A DNA stretch of 64,000 nt from positions 12,317 through 76,316 of the forward strand of contig JBCCIF010000002.1 of the NCBI GenBank assembly GCA_039028335.1, read 5' to 3'. Under the pieces are notes generated by a model that was not told where the DNA came from, did no database searches, and saw only the letters and a list, made by a program, of their open reading frames with translations. Below, piece by piece: positions 19,654-28,400 of the stretch. Both the position numbers and the translations under genes were made by a program. Position 1 is the stretch's first letter. Each line of letters begins with the position of its first letter. The stretch is from Bacteroidota bacterium. GTDB taxonomy: Bacteria; Bacteroidota; Bacteroidia; Flavobacteriales_D; JABDKJ01.

Positions 19654-19835
19654 TGAGTCGAATTTGTAGTTCTATTTCAAAGGTAATTTTTCTGCCAAGA
19701 ATGAGCTATTCTCGTCAATTTTAGATACTAACAAAACGCTGCATCTCCTATAGAAAGACATTCAAAACTCGGCAAGCAATATTTCGGGATCAAGGAAGGA
19801 ATAAAATGAATCCCTTATTCTTTTCCTAAAACGAA

Positions 19836-20480
19836 TTAAAAATCCTTCCCTTCCCATTCTAAGATAAAGCGATCGAGATAATCTAGCAGATAAGCATGAC
19901 GCTCTTCTGCAATACGTTTACCTTCTTTTGTGTTCATTAAATCTTTAAGCAATAAAAGTTTCTCGTGGAAATGATTGATAGTGCTCGTTTTTGCATTCTT
20001 ATACTTTTCAAAACTATCAAAAAACTGAGCCTTCAGATCTGGGTCAAAAATGGCTTGACCTTTTTTTCCTCCATATGCAAAAGTGCGCGCCAATCCAATC
20101 GCTCCAATGGCATCTAAGCGATCGGCATCTTGAACCACCTGTGCTTCTAATGAGCTTGGTTTTGAGTTGACTCCATTGCCCTTGAAAGAAATCTCATCGC
20201 ATGCACCTTCGAAAAATTGGACTTCTTGTTTCGGCAATCCCAATTCTTCAATAAGCCTTCTGGCGTGTCCGCTTCCTTCAATTAGCTTGTAGTCATCCAT
20301 CTCATGCAGCCATGCAATGATTTCACATTTCATCACATCAGCATGCTCACTTTTGGCTATGTGTTTAGACAGCTTTACGACTCGTTGAATGTGAAAATAG
20401 TCATGGCCTGATGTATCGCTTTCAAAACGCTTTTTGACGCGCTCTTCTATGGTTCTAATTAATTCTGTGTTAATGATCAC
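19836..20480 (-). CDS. HD domain-containing phosphohydrolase
   Basis: 214 aa with GHDYFHIQRVV ... WLHEMDD ... VQDADRLDAIGAIGLARTF, the metal-binding pattern of the HD superfamily. Confidence 0.85.
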   Translation of the reverse strand: MIINTELIRTIEERVKKRFESDTSGHDYFHIQRVVKLSKHIAKSEHADVMKCEIIAWLHEMDDYKLIEGSGHARRLIEELGLPKQEVQFFEGACDEISFKGNGVNSKPSSLEAQVVQDADRLDAIGAIGLARTFAYGGKKGQAIFDPDLKAQFFDSFEKYKNAKTSTINHFHEKLLLLKDLMNTKEGKRIAEERHAYLLDYLDRFILEWEGKDF

Positions 20481-20542
20481 AACCCTCTTAAAATAAGTTC
20501 GTTAAAGTTTAGATATTTCTATGGATTTAGCGATATTCGCGC

Positions 20543-20559
20543 TCCCAAAAATTTTGGGA
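20543..20559. promoter_or_regulatory. perfect 17-bp palindrome TCCCAAAA-A-TTTTGGGA in the divergent HD-gene/rpsP intergenic region
   Basis: Read directly from the sequence. It lies 63 nt from the HD-gene start and 68 nt from the rpsP ATG. Confidence 0.3.
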
Positions 20560-20626
20560 CTCGATAGAAATCGAAAAATAAACAAATTAGTTAACCGGGT
20601 TTAGGACCCTTTTAAAAGAATTAATA

Positions 20627-21637
20627 ATGCCTACAAAAATCAGGCTTCAGAGACACGGAAAGAAGCGTTACCCTTATTATTATATCGTAGCCGTAGACGG
20701 CAGAGAAAAGAGAGATGGAAAGTACATTGAGCGTTTGGGAGAATATGACCCGAACACCAACCCAGCGACTATTAATCTCGATTTTGACCGCGCACTTTAT
20801 TGGTTGCAAGTTGGTGCTCAACCAACAGATACCATGCGAGCTATTTTGTCATACAAAGGAGTGATGCATAAAAATCACTTGTTGAATGGAGTCAAAAAAG
20901 GTGCATTCTCAGAAGATGAAGCAGAAAAGAGATTTGCTTCTTGGATGGAAGAGAAAGAATCTAAAATTAAAGCGAAAAGAGAAGGATTGATTGCTTCTGC
21001 AGATGCTGAATTGGCCGAAAGAATGAAAGCCGAAAAAGCCATAGCAGACAAACGAAGTGCTGAAATCTTGGCTAAGCAAGCTGCTGCTGCAGGTGTTATT
21101 GCTGCCGCTGCTGCTGGAGAAGCAGAAGATGCCGCTGACGTTGCAGATGAAGCAGGTGATATTGCAGAAGATGCTGCTGAGCAAGCAGAAGCCATGGCTG
21201 ATGTAGCCGAGGCTGCTGCTGAAGATGGCAATGCAGAAATCGCTGCCGAAGCTGCTGAAGCTGCCGAAGAAGCTGCTGCCGTTGCTGAAGAAGTTGCTGA
21301 AGTTGCGGAAGACGCGGCAAAAGAAGCTGAAACTGCGGCTGAAGCTGCTGCTGACATCGCTGAAGAAGCGACAGAAAAAGCTGAAGAGGCCGTTGAAGCT
21401 GCTGCTGAAGAAGGAACAGCTGAAGCTGTTGAAGCTGCTGAGAAAGCAGTAGAAGCTGCGGATGCTGCAACCGAAGCTGCTGAGGAAGCAGCTGAAGATG
21501 CTGCAGAAGCGAAAGAGGATGCAGAAGAAGCAAAAGAAGATGCAGAAGAAGCTGCAGAGGCCGCTGAAGATGCTGCTGAAGCTGCCGCTGAAGTAGCAGA
21601 AGAACAAGCCGAAGAGGCTGCTTCTGAAGAAGAATAA
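20627..21637 (+). CDS. rpsP: 30S ribosomal protein S16 with a long Ala/Glu-rich C-terminal extension
   Basis: The N-terminus MPTKIRLQRHGKKRYPYYYIVAVDGREKRDGKYIERLGEYDP...ALYWLQVGAQPTDT is canonical S16. Residues ~151-336 are low-complexity A/E sequence. Confidence 0.9.
   Translation: MPTKIRLQRHGKKRYPYYYIVAVDGREKRDGKYIERLGEYDPNTNPATINLDFDRALYWLQVGAQPTDTMRAILSYKGVMHKNHLLNGVKKGAFSEDEAEKRFASWMEEKESKIKAKREGLIASADAELAERMKAEKAIADKRSAEILAKQAAAAGVIAAAAAGEAEDAADVADEAGDIAEDAAEQAEAMADVAEAAAEDGNAEIAAEAAEAAEEAAAVAEEVAEVAEDAAKEAETAAEAAADIAEEATEKAEEAVEAAAEEGTAEAVEAAEKAVEAADAATEAAEEAAEDAAEAKEDAEEAKEDAEEAAEAAEDAAEAAAEVAEEQAEEAASEEE
21077..21637 (+). repeat. low-complexity degenerate GCT/GAA-rich coding repeat (Ala/Glu tail of S16)
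   Basis: Reiterated gaagctgctgaagaagc-type units. The region is open in several frames on both strands, which explains the long antisense ORFs in the ORF track. Confidence 0.7.
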
Positions 21638-21642
21638 TTTTT

Positions 21643-22164
21643 ATGGCCTTCGAAGGACATTACTATATAGGTAAGGTCGCTAGGCTATACAGTTACAAGG
21701 GAGAACTCTACATTCGATTGTATGTAAAGGACCCTGAAATGTATTTAGAAATGGAATCAATGTTCCTTGCTATTGAAGGGGAATTGGTTCCATTTTTTAT
21801 TGAATCCATCCAATTTGGATCCAAAGGGATGCTGCGTATCAAGTTCGAAGATGTTGACAACGAAGCAGAGGCTAAAAAACTTGTAAAAAAAGAAATCTTT
21901 GCGCCTAATTCATTTCTTCCCAAGGAAGAAGGAGAATTTCATGGTCATGAAATTCTAGGCTTTTTGGTCGTTGACCAAAAAGACGGTGAATTGGGAAATG
22001 TAGAAGATGTCATCGAACACAGCAGTAATCCGCTCATTCGTGTTGATCAGGGAGAACGCGAAATCCTTATTCCTTACCAAGATGAATTTATTATTGAAAT
22101 TAACTCTTCAAAAAAAAGAATTGAAGTTGATTTACCTGAAGGATTGATTGAGATGAATGACTAG
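21643..22164 (+). CDS. rimM: 16S rRNA processing protein RimM
   Basis: 173 aa, immediately downstream of rpsP (conserved synteny). It has a PRC-barrel-like C-terminus (HGHEILGFLVVDQKDGELGNVEDVIEHSSNPLIRV...EILIPY). Confidence 0.9.
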   Translation: MAFEGHYYIGKVARLYSYKGELYIRLYVKDPEMYLEMESMFLAIEGELVPFFIESIQFGSKGMLRIKFEDVDNEAEAKKLVKKEIFAPNSFLPKEEGEFHGHEILGFLVVDQKDGELGNVEDVIEHSSNPLIRVDQGEREILIPYQDEFIIEINSSKKRIEVDLPEGLIEMND

Positions 22165-22212
22165 TACTCATCTATATTTATTATTATTGAATCCTTCCCC
22201 TCGTCATTAAAA

Positions 22213-22911
22213 ATGATCTTCCGCTTCAAACAATTTTCTGTCAAACATGAAAAGTCGGCAATGAAAGTTGGCACAGATGGAAATTTAATTGGAGCATGGA
22301 CAGAAGTTGAAGAAGCGAGAAAAGCATTGGATATTGGAACAGGCTGCGGATTGCTTGCTTTAATGTTGGCGCAAAAAAAATCAGAACTCTTTATTGATGC
22401 TATCGATATCGACAAAGCGGCAATAGAAGAAGCCACGGAGAATGTAGAGAACTCCCCTTTTAACCAACAAATAAACGTAATTGAAAGTCGATTTGAAGAT
22501 TGGTCCTCTTCGAATAAGTATGACCTCATCATTAGCAATCCCCCCTTCTATCATCAACAGTATGACGCAAAAGGGGAGAGCCGAATTCTTGCTCGACAAG
22601 GCTTAATAGATTGGAAGGACTGGCTCCCAAAAATTTCAGAACATCTTTCATCAGCAGGTCGATTCTCGTGCATCTTTCCGATTGATCAATTGGAAGAGGT
22701 GCTTCTTCGAGCCGAAAAATCTGGCCTTTTCCCCTTGAGAATCACACATATTAAACCTAAATCACATTTACCTCCACATCGAATTGCACTTTCTTTATCC
22801 ACATCTGATGAAGAGGTTCAAAAGGATCAACTGATCATCGAAAAAAAAGAAAGACATTCTTACACCCCAGAATATAAGGCCTTACTGAAAGATTACCTTA
22901 TTATATTCTGA
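22213..22911 (+). CDS. SAM-dependent methyltransferase, tRNA1(Val) (adenine37-N6)-methyltransferase-like
   Basis: 232 aa with FRFKQFSVKHEKSAMKVGTDGNLIG, SAM-binding LDIGTGCGLLALMLAQ, and the N6-adenine MTase motif DLIISNPPFY. Confidence 0.8.
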   Translation: MIFRFKQFSVKHEKSAMKVGTDGNLIGAWTEVEEARKALDIGTGCGLLALMLAQKKSELFIDAIDIDKAAIEEATENVENSPFNQQINVIESRFEDWSSSNKYDLIISNPPFYHQQYDAKGESRILARQGLIDWKDWLPKISEHLSSAGRFSCIFPIDQLEEVLLRAEKSGLFPLRITHIKPKSHLPPHRIALSLSTSDEEVQKDQLIIEKKERHSYTPEYKALLKDYLIIF

Positions 22912-23027
22912 TAATCTCCGCAAGGGAACTTTTTGATTTAATCGCCCTAGGGATTCAGAATATTACCCATTTGTCGAAACAAAAAATTTCTACTTCAGTA
23001 TAAGCAAGCAACCTAATAAACCTATTT

Positions 23028-23909
23028 ATGTTCAAAATACTATCCACACTATTGTTCGTATGCCTTATTAACCAAGGGCAAGCAGCAGAAAATATTTATG
23101 AACCGAAAGAGGAAAAGAAAACCTCTGAGGAAGTATATACAATCAATGTCAGCACGTCCGGTGTTGCCATTTCTCCTTCACGTGTACGATTTAATGTAAT
23201 GCCTGGTAAGTCGAAGACTCATCAGATTAAAATCAATAATGATACTGAAGAGGCCAAGGCATTTCGTGTAAAATTCAATGACTTTAACATGAACCAGTTC
23301 GGTAAAAGTCAATTCGTAGAACCCGGTAATGGTAAATATGGAATTTCCAATTGGGTAAGTGTTTCTCCATCATTTATTGAAGTGGCCCCCGGTGAGAAAA
23401 AAGAAGTCACCATTACCATTGATGTTCCCGATGACGAAGCGGGAAAAAAAGCAGCTTGGGGAATCATGATGATCGAAGAAGCAGCAGAAAGAAAAACACT
23501 TGAATACGACCAGAACAACAGCGACCAAATTTCATTTGGTATCGTTCCTACTCTGGCTTTTGGCGTTTTTCTTTATCAAAACCCTCCCGGTGTTTCAACC
23601 AATGAAGTTGAAATTCAAGATTTTTTAATTGAACAAAAAGATGAAAACTATTTTGTCAACATAGATGCGAAGAATGTAGGCACTGGAATTGCCTATTGCA
23701 AAGCTTATGTTGAATTAACCAACTTGAACAACGGTGAACAAGAGAAACTTTTGGTGAAATCTTTCACCATCGTTCCCGACCTCACCCGCGTTTTCAGTTT
23801 TGAACTACCCGAACATTTGAAAAACGGAAAGTATTCTGCTGTAGGGGTCATAGATTATGGCAACCAAGAGGAAATCGAAGCAGCGGAATTAGAATTTGAG
23901 ATCAAATAA
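23028..23909 (+). CDS. secreted two-Ig-domain protein, PapD-like pilus-chaperone candidate
   Basis: 293 aa with a signal peptide (MFKILSTLLFVCLINQGQA|AE). VAISPSRVRFNVMPGKSKTHQIKINNDTEEAKAFRVKF and VSVSPSFIEVAPGEKKEVTITIDVP resemble the PapD_N pattern (..tRviy....l.v.N....p..vq.w / tPPlfrlePg..q.vRi). A second beta-rich domain follows. The gene is confident. The function is inferred. Confidence 0.55.
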   Translation: MFKILSTLLFVCLINQGQAAENIYEPKEEKKTSEEVYTINVSTSGVAISPSRVRFNVMPGKSKTHQIKINNDTEEAKAFRVKFNDFNMNQFGKSQFVEPGNGKYGISNWVSVSPSFIEVAPGEKKEVTITIDVPDDEAGKKAAWGIMMIEEAAERKTLEYDQNNSDQISFGIVPTLAFGVFLYQNPPGVSTNEVEIQDFLIEQKDENYFVNIDAKNVGTGIAYCKAYVELTNLNNGEQEKLLVKSFTIVPDLTRVFSFELPEHLKNGKYSAVGVIDYGNQEEIEAAELEFEIK

Positions 23910-23954
23910 TTTTTATAAAACAAATGTTTACTAAACCCTTTAAAATTTAATGTT

Positions 23955-24737
23955 ATGAGAAAGTTGAAACTTATGATGTTGGCGGTGGTTGCAGGATTCT
24001 GCTTCCAGACGGCAAACGCACAGTTGATTGATGAGCAGGATGTAACGATTACAATGGAATTACAGCCAGTTCTTCAACTTGACATGAAAACCCCAAACCA
24101 GCTCGAATTTGTATTCGATGAAATTGAAGAGTACTACAGAGGTATTACTCAGTATGCAGCTACAGAATTAAAAGTAAGCTCAAGTGTATCTTGGGACCTT
24201 TATGCTGTAGGTAGATCTAATGGAACGAATTGCGCTGAGTGCTGGGACCAACAATTGGTTTACGGTTCTGGAGGTGTAACTTCTGGAGCACAAGCAAACT
24301 TACCTATGAGTCTTGTAGAATTGAGACAAAACAGAGCTAACTCTGGAGCAGGTGTTGCAACTAGTTTCCCAGATTACAACCAAGCATTCTCACCAGCAGC
24401 TACTGCTTCTGGAGGAAACAGCTTGTACGTAAACGGTGGTACTAATACACCTCCTGGTGTAAACGGTAAGTATATCGCAGGTCACTCTGGAACATCTGGT
24501 ACTCCTGGTACTGATGCTATGGTTGGTGGTTCTTGGATGACTCAAACTGGAACAGCATCTGATTACTACTACACAGTTGATTACAGAATTTTACCTGGTC
24601 TTCCTGCTATTTTCCCAATGGCATTTAACGAAGATGGGGTAACAGCTGAAGATTTATCTACAGTTTCTGCGACTGCTTATGCGCAGCCAGGTGTCTATAC
24701 AATGTACGTACAGTACGTATTGTTGGAAGACCAATAA
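23955..24737 (+). CDS. secreted Gly/Ser/Thr/Ala-rich subunit-like protein (candidate major fibre subunit)
   Basis: 260 aa with a signal peptide ending ANA|Q. The mature N-terminus has alternating hydrophobics (DVTITMELQPVLQL). The C-terminus is QPGVYTMYVQYVLLEDQ. A strong hairpin terminator follows the stop codon. Confidence 0.55.
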   Translation: MRKLKLMMLAVVAGFCFQTANAQLIDEQDVTITMELQPVLQLDMKTPNQLEFVFDEIEEYYRGITQYAATELKVSSSVSWDLYAVGRSNGTNCAECWDQQLVYGSGGVTSGAQANLPMSLVELRQNRANSGAGVATSFPDYNQAFSPAATASGGNSLYVNGGTNTPPGVNGKYIAGHSGTSGTPGTDAMVGGSWMTQTGTASDYYYTVDYRILPGLPAIFPMAFNEDGVTAEDLSTVSATAYAQPGVYTMYVQYVLLEDQ

Positions 24738-24746
24738 AAAGAATTA

Positions 24747-24787
24747 TCAAAGCCGGCTGAAGTCAGTCGGCTTTGAATTTTTTCTTT
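24747..24787 (+). terminator. rho-independent terminator/attenuator between the two subunit genes
   Basis: A 13-bp stem, tcaaagccggctg (24747-24759) paired with cagtcggctttga (24764-24776), contains one G-U pair and a 4-nt loop aagt. It is followed by atttttctttc. Confidence 0.7.
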
Positions 24788-24805
24788 CACCTTAAACTAT
24801 TTTTA

Positions 24806-25420
24806 ATGTCACCTTTAAAACAAACCATAGTCGGTCTTTTCCTTCTACTAGTTTTGCCATTCAGTGCTCAGATTCACTGTGGCAATGTCGAGTTGAGCGT
24901 TGATGGAAGCACCAATGCTATGATTACTTTCGATGATTTTTCGAAGTATAATGGAGGTGTAACATTAAACAATGCACTTACGCTCAGAGTAAAAGTCGAT
25001 CACCAAGCTGTACCGGATCCCGATTGCAGTTGGTTCCTTAACATGGAAGTATTTAATAATCCTGGAGCAGGAACACCCATCGATGAATGGGAAGAATTGT
25101 TTCAATACGGAAGTGGAAGCTCTGACAATCCAGATCTAGATATTCTTGAAATTAGAATTCGCAACACATGCGCTACGTCTCCTTTAAACGGGACATTTCA
25201 GACCTTTACCAATAACGGTGATATTATGGATATCATTCAATCCATGTTACCTGTAACGCCCGCAGGTTCATGTACAAGCAATGTAAACGGTCCTGGAGAT
25301 TTCAATACCAATTATGATGAATTCACATTCACCGTGGATATTCGAGTGCGACCTACGCTCAATTACAATCCCGGTATATATGAAATGAGTGTGCGTTTTC
25401 ATCTTGAAGAAAACCTATGA
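24806..25420 (+). CDS. secreted subunit-like protein, paralog of 23955-24737 (candidate minor subunit)
   Basis: The ORF-track TTG start (24773) lies inside the terminator stem. ATG 24806 gives MSPLKQTIVGLFLLLVLPFSA|Q. It shares ITFDDFSKYNGGVT and C-terminal NPGIYEMSVRFHLEENL with the upstream subunit and has four Cys residues. Confidence 0.55.
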   Translation: MSPLKQTIVGLFLLLVLPFSAQIHCGNVELSVDGSTNAMITFDDFSKYNGGVTLNNALTLRVKVDHQAVPDPDCSWFLNMEVFNNPGAGTPIDEWEELFQYGSGSSDNPDLDILEIRIRNTCATSPLNGTFQTFTNNGDIMDIIQSMLPVTPAGSCTSNVNGPGDFNTNYDEFTFTVDIRVRPTLNYNPGIYEMSVRFHLEENL

Positions 25421-25432
25421 TCTAAGCCAACC

Positions 25433-28400
25433 ATGAAAAACATTTACCTTAAACTCTTTTTGGCTTTTCTTCTGCTTTTAAGCGTATCTTTTGTTAGCGC
25501 ACAAACAGAAGAAACAGCATTCCCCATTGACTCACTCAATCAGATCATTGACAACTCTACAGATACTATTCCTACTCAAGAAAATACGCCAGTAATTTCA
25601 AACACAGAAGAGCAAGTACAACCCTTTGTTAATCAAGACAGCCTAAACATCAAGCCTCCAAAAATGAACCGAGGTATTGAAATTTCTTTCGCCAAATCCG
25701 AACTAAAACCTGAAAGTGGCGAAATTCTTTCAAATGTTTTAAAAATTGTCAATCACAATACAGAGGCAAAAATCATCCTTCCAGAATACAACCATCCCGC
25801 TTCCTGGAAACTCGTAGGACAAAAGGATGTATGGTATGAAATTCAAGCAAACGATACCATTTATGTGCCCGTTCGAATCATTCCTCAGGCTATCGCTTCA
25901 GGGCAATCAAATTATCAAATAAATGTATTTATCTATAATGATAAAGGCATACAAATCCTAACTGATCATTTCAATTGTGTTACAGATAAAACTGTGCAAT
26001 GGAATGTACAGAATAGCGATGACAAAATTTACTTTAAGCATGGAGAAAACTGGGAGGATTTATCTTTCAACATCTCTAATACTTCGGTTTTTCCACAAGA
26101 GATTTTCATGACAACTGCTGCCGCTAAAGGCAGTTTGGCATTAAGTCGTGATGGAGAAGAGCTTGAAGAAGGTGAATCAAGCACTTTTCAATTGGATTCA
26201 TTTGAGGATACAACATTTACCTATACAGCGACTATTGACAACCTCCGAAGAAACTTCAGACGCGTTTCACTGCTTGGACACATTCCAAACAGAAACAATC
26301 AAACGAGAAGGTATTCAGTATACATGAATACACAAGAAACAAAGTCTGTTGGTCAAACCGATTATAGAAATGGATCGAAAATAGATCTTATAAAACTGGC
26401 CAATGTTTTGAGAGCTACTGAATACAGCTCAAACGATTTACCTCTTGATGTTCAAGCTAACTATCAGAATATTTTAGGTGACTTTCCTTTTCTGTCCATC
26501 AACATGAACGGATACAAGAATTTGAATAACGATGCCAGTTTAAACTACTTTACTCAACTTAATTATAACCAAGTCTTTTGGAATGCACAGAACTTGGGAA
26601 ATATTCCATGGTATTTAGGTTATTTTTCGAGAGAATGGACAGCACAAGCTGGAAACATCAATGGAGGAATCGTAGGAATGCCTGCTGTTGGAAAAGGTGT
26701 AAAAGGATCTTATTTCATAAATCCTCAGCACGAGGTAGGAGGATTCTTTACCTCTTCAAAAGGATTTCTTCAAACCGGTCATACTGACTCATACGGTATT
26801 CATTATCAATACAATTTCCCAAATAATGGCTTTGTCATGGGAAAACTCGGACGTTATACAAATGGCCTGAATGGCACATCTGGTAACGTATTAAGTGTGC
26901 AATCAAGCTACCGTCTCGCTGAAAAACACAGTATCGGAGCATTTGGAGGATTCAGTACGAGAAACTTCTTATGGGGAGGAATCATGACACCTCAAACAGG
27001 AGGACTATTCGGCCTCAACTATACTTCTCGATTTCTTGAAAATAAATTATTTGTGAATGTGGGAGGTCGATACAATTCCAAATTCTTTGGAAACTCGACA
27101 ACTGAAATCCTTACTTCAGACGCTAAAGTACAATATGAAATCAGCAATAAATGGTCAGTATTCTATTCTGGAAACTATGCAAATATTGATGCATTTAATC
27201 CAGCTACGGCATTCTTCAATCCATTTTCGAGCTATGATTTTTTCCAGAACAGAGTCGTTTTCACAACGACAAATAGATGGGGAACATTCAACCCAGGATT
27301 GTACTATAATTTCAATAAATTCTTCGATTACAATGTACAAGCAAGAGGACTCTCTCTTCGTTTTTCAAGATTGAATTATTTGAAGAACACTTTGCTTTCC
27401 TTTTACTCAGAAGCAGGATATACAGATAATAGAGGTCAAAGCGAAATTGGTGACTATTTCAATTTCAGAATGAATATGTTGTACCGAATTCGAACCTTGA
27501 CCTTAACAAGTAATTATCGCTACGGTGCCAACAATAAATCAGCACAAGATTATCAAACGGCTACCGGACAAGCGCCTCAGTTGGGAAGAATTAGCGCTTC
27601 ACACCAATACCTGTTCAACAATCAACATTGGATATTGGAAACCAACACCTCTTATACGTACAACAATCGATTTAAATCACAGTTCTTAGGAATTTTTCCC
27701 GAGCTCTTTTACTTCTCGAATAGTGGATGGAGATATAGTATAAACCCTGGATATACCGTAAGTATTACCAATTACAATGCTGATCTACTCAATCTCTATC
27801 AGAATGTGCCAATTAATTCAGATGATGTTGGAAGTAATGTAAACAAGGGATTTAGATTGAATGTTTCAGCAAGAAAAACCTTTGGAATTCCTATTCCATT
27901 TGTTAAACCACAAAATTCAAATATTTCCTACAACACCTTCTATGATTTGAATGGAAATGATGTACAAGATAAAGGAGAAACTGCTGTTCCCAATGTCGTT
28001 CTAAAGCTCAATGACTACGAAGTTCTTACAAATGACAATGGTTTTGCCTTGATCGAGAACTTGCCGCATGAAACGTATTATTTGCAATCATTCCCACTTG
28101 AAGATATGCAAGGTTGGTTTGCAAAGGTTCCAGATTCACTGGTAATTTCAACAGACATGATTATTCAAATCCCATTCGTAAGAGGAGTAAAAGTAATGGG
28201 AGATGTCATTTTGAATAGACAAGAAATAGCCGTTACAGATGAAAGACCTTTTGATTTATCCAATATCAGAGTTTCTGCAAATGACGGCAATAAAGTCTAC
28301 AGCACGCTTACTAATTTTGACGGTTCATTTGACTTGTATCTTCCAAACGGAAACTATACTTTGACAATTGACGAAAATATATTGGGAGACAAGTATTCTT

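Noticed and set aside
20875-21660. Long minus-strand ORFs (261, 232 and 145 aa) and a 75-aa plus-strand ORF overlapping the 3' half of rpsP
   Set aside because: They lie entirely in the GCT/GAA low-complexity repeat that encodes the S16 Ala/Glu tail. Their products are Ser/Ala, Phe/Ser/Cys or Leu/Gln homopolymer-like strings. These are open-frame artefacts of repeat composition, not genes.
22161-22599. Minus-strand ORFs of 125 and 72 aa overlapping the methyltransferase gene
   Set aside because: The plus-strand frame carries clear SAM-binding and NPPF/Y motifs. The antisense ORFs have no recognisable features.
24773-24805. ORF-track TTG start for the second subunit gene
   Set aside because: The TTG lies inside the right arm of the terminator stem, and the first 11 residues (MNFFFHLKLFL) precede a much better Met plus signal peptide at 24806.
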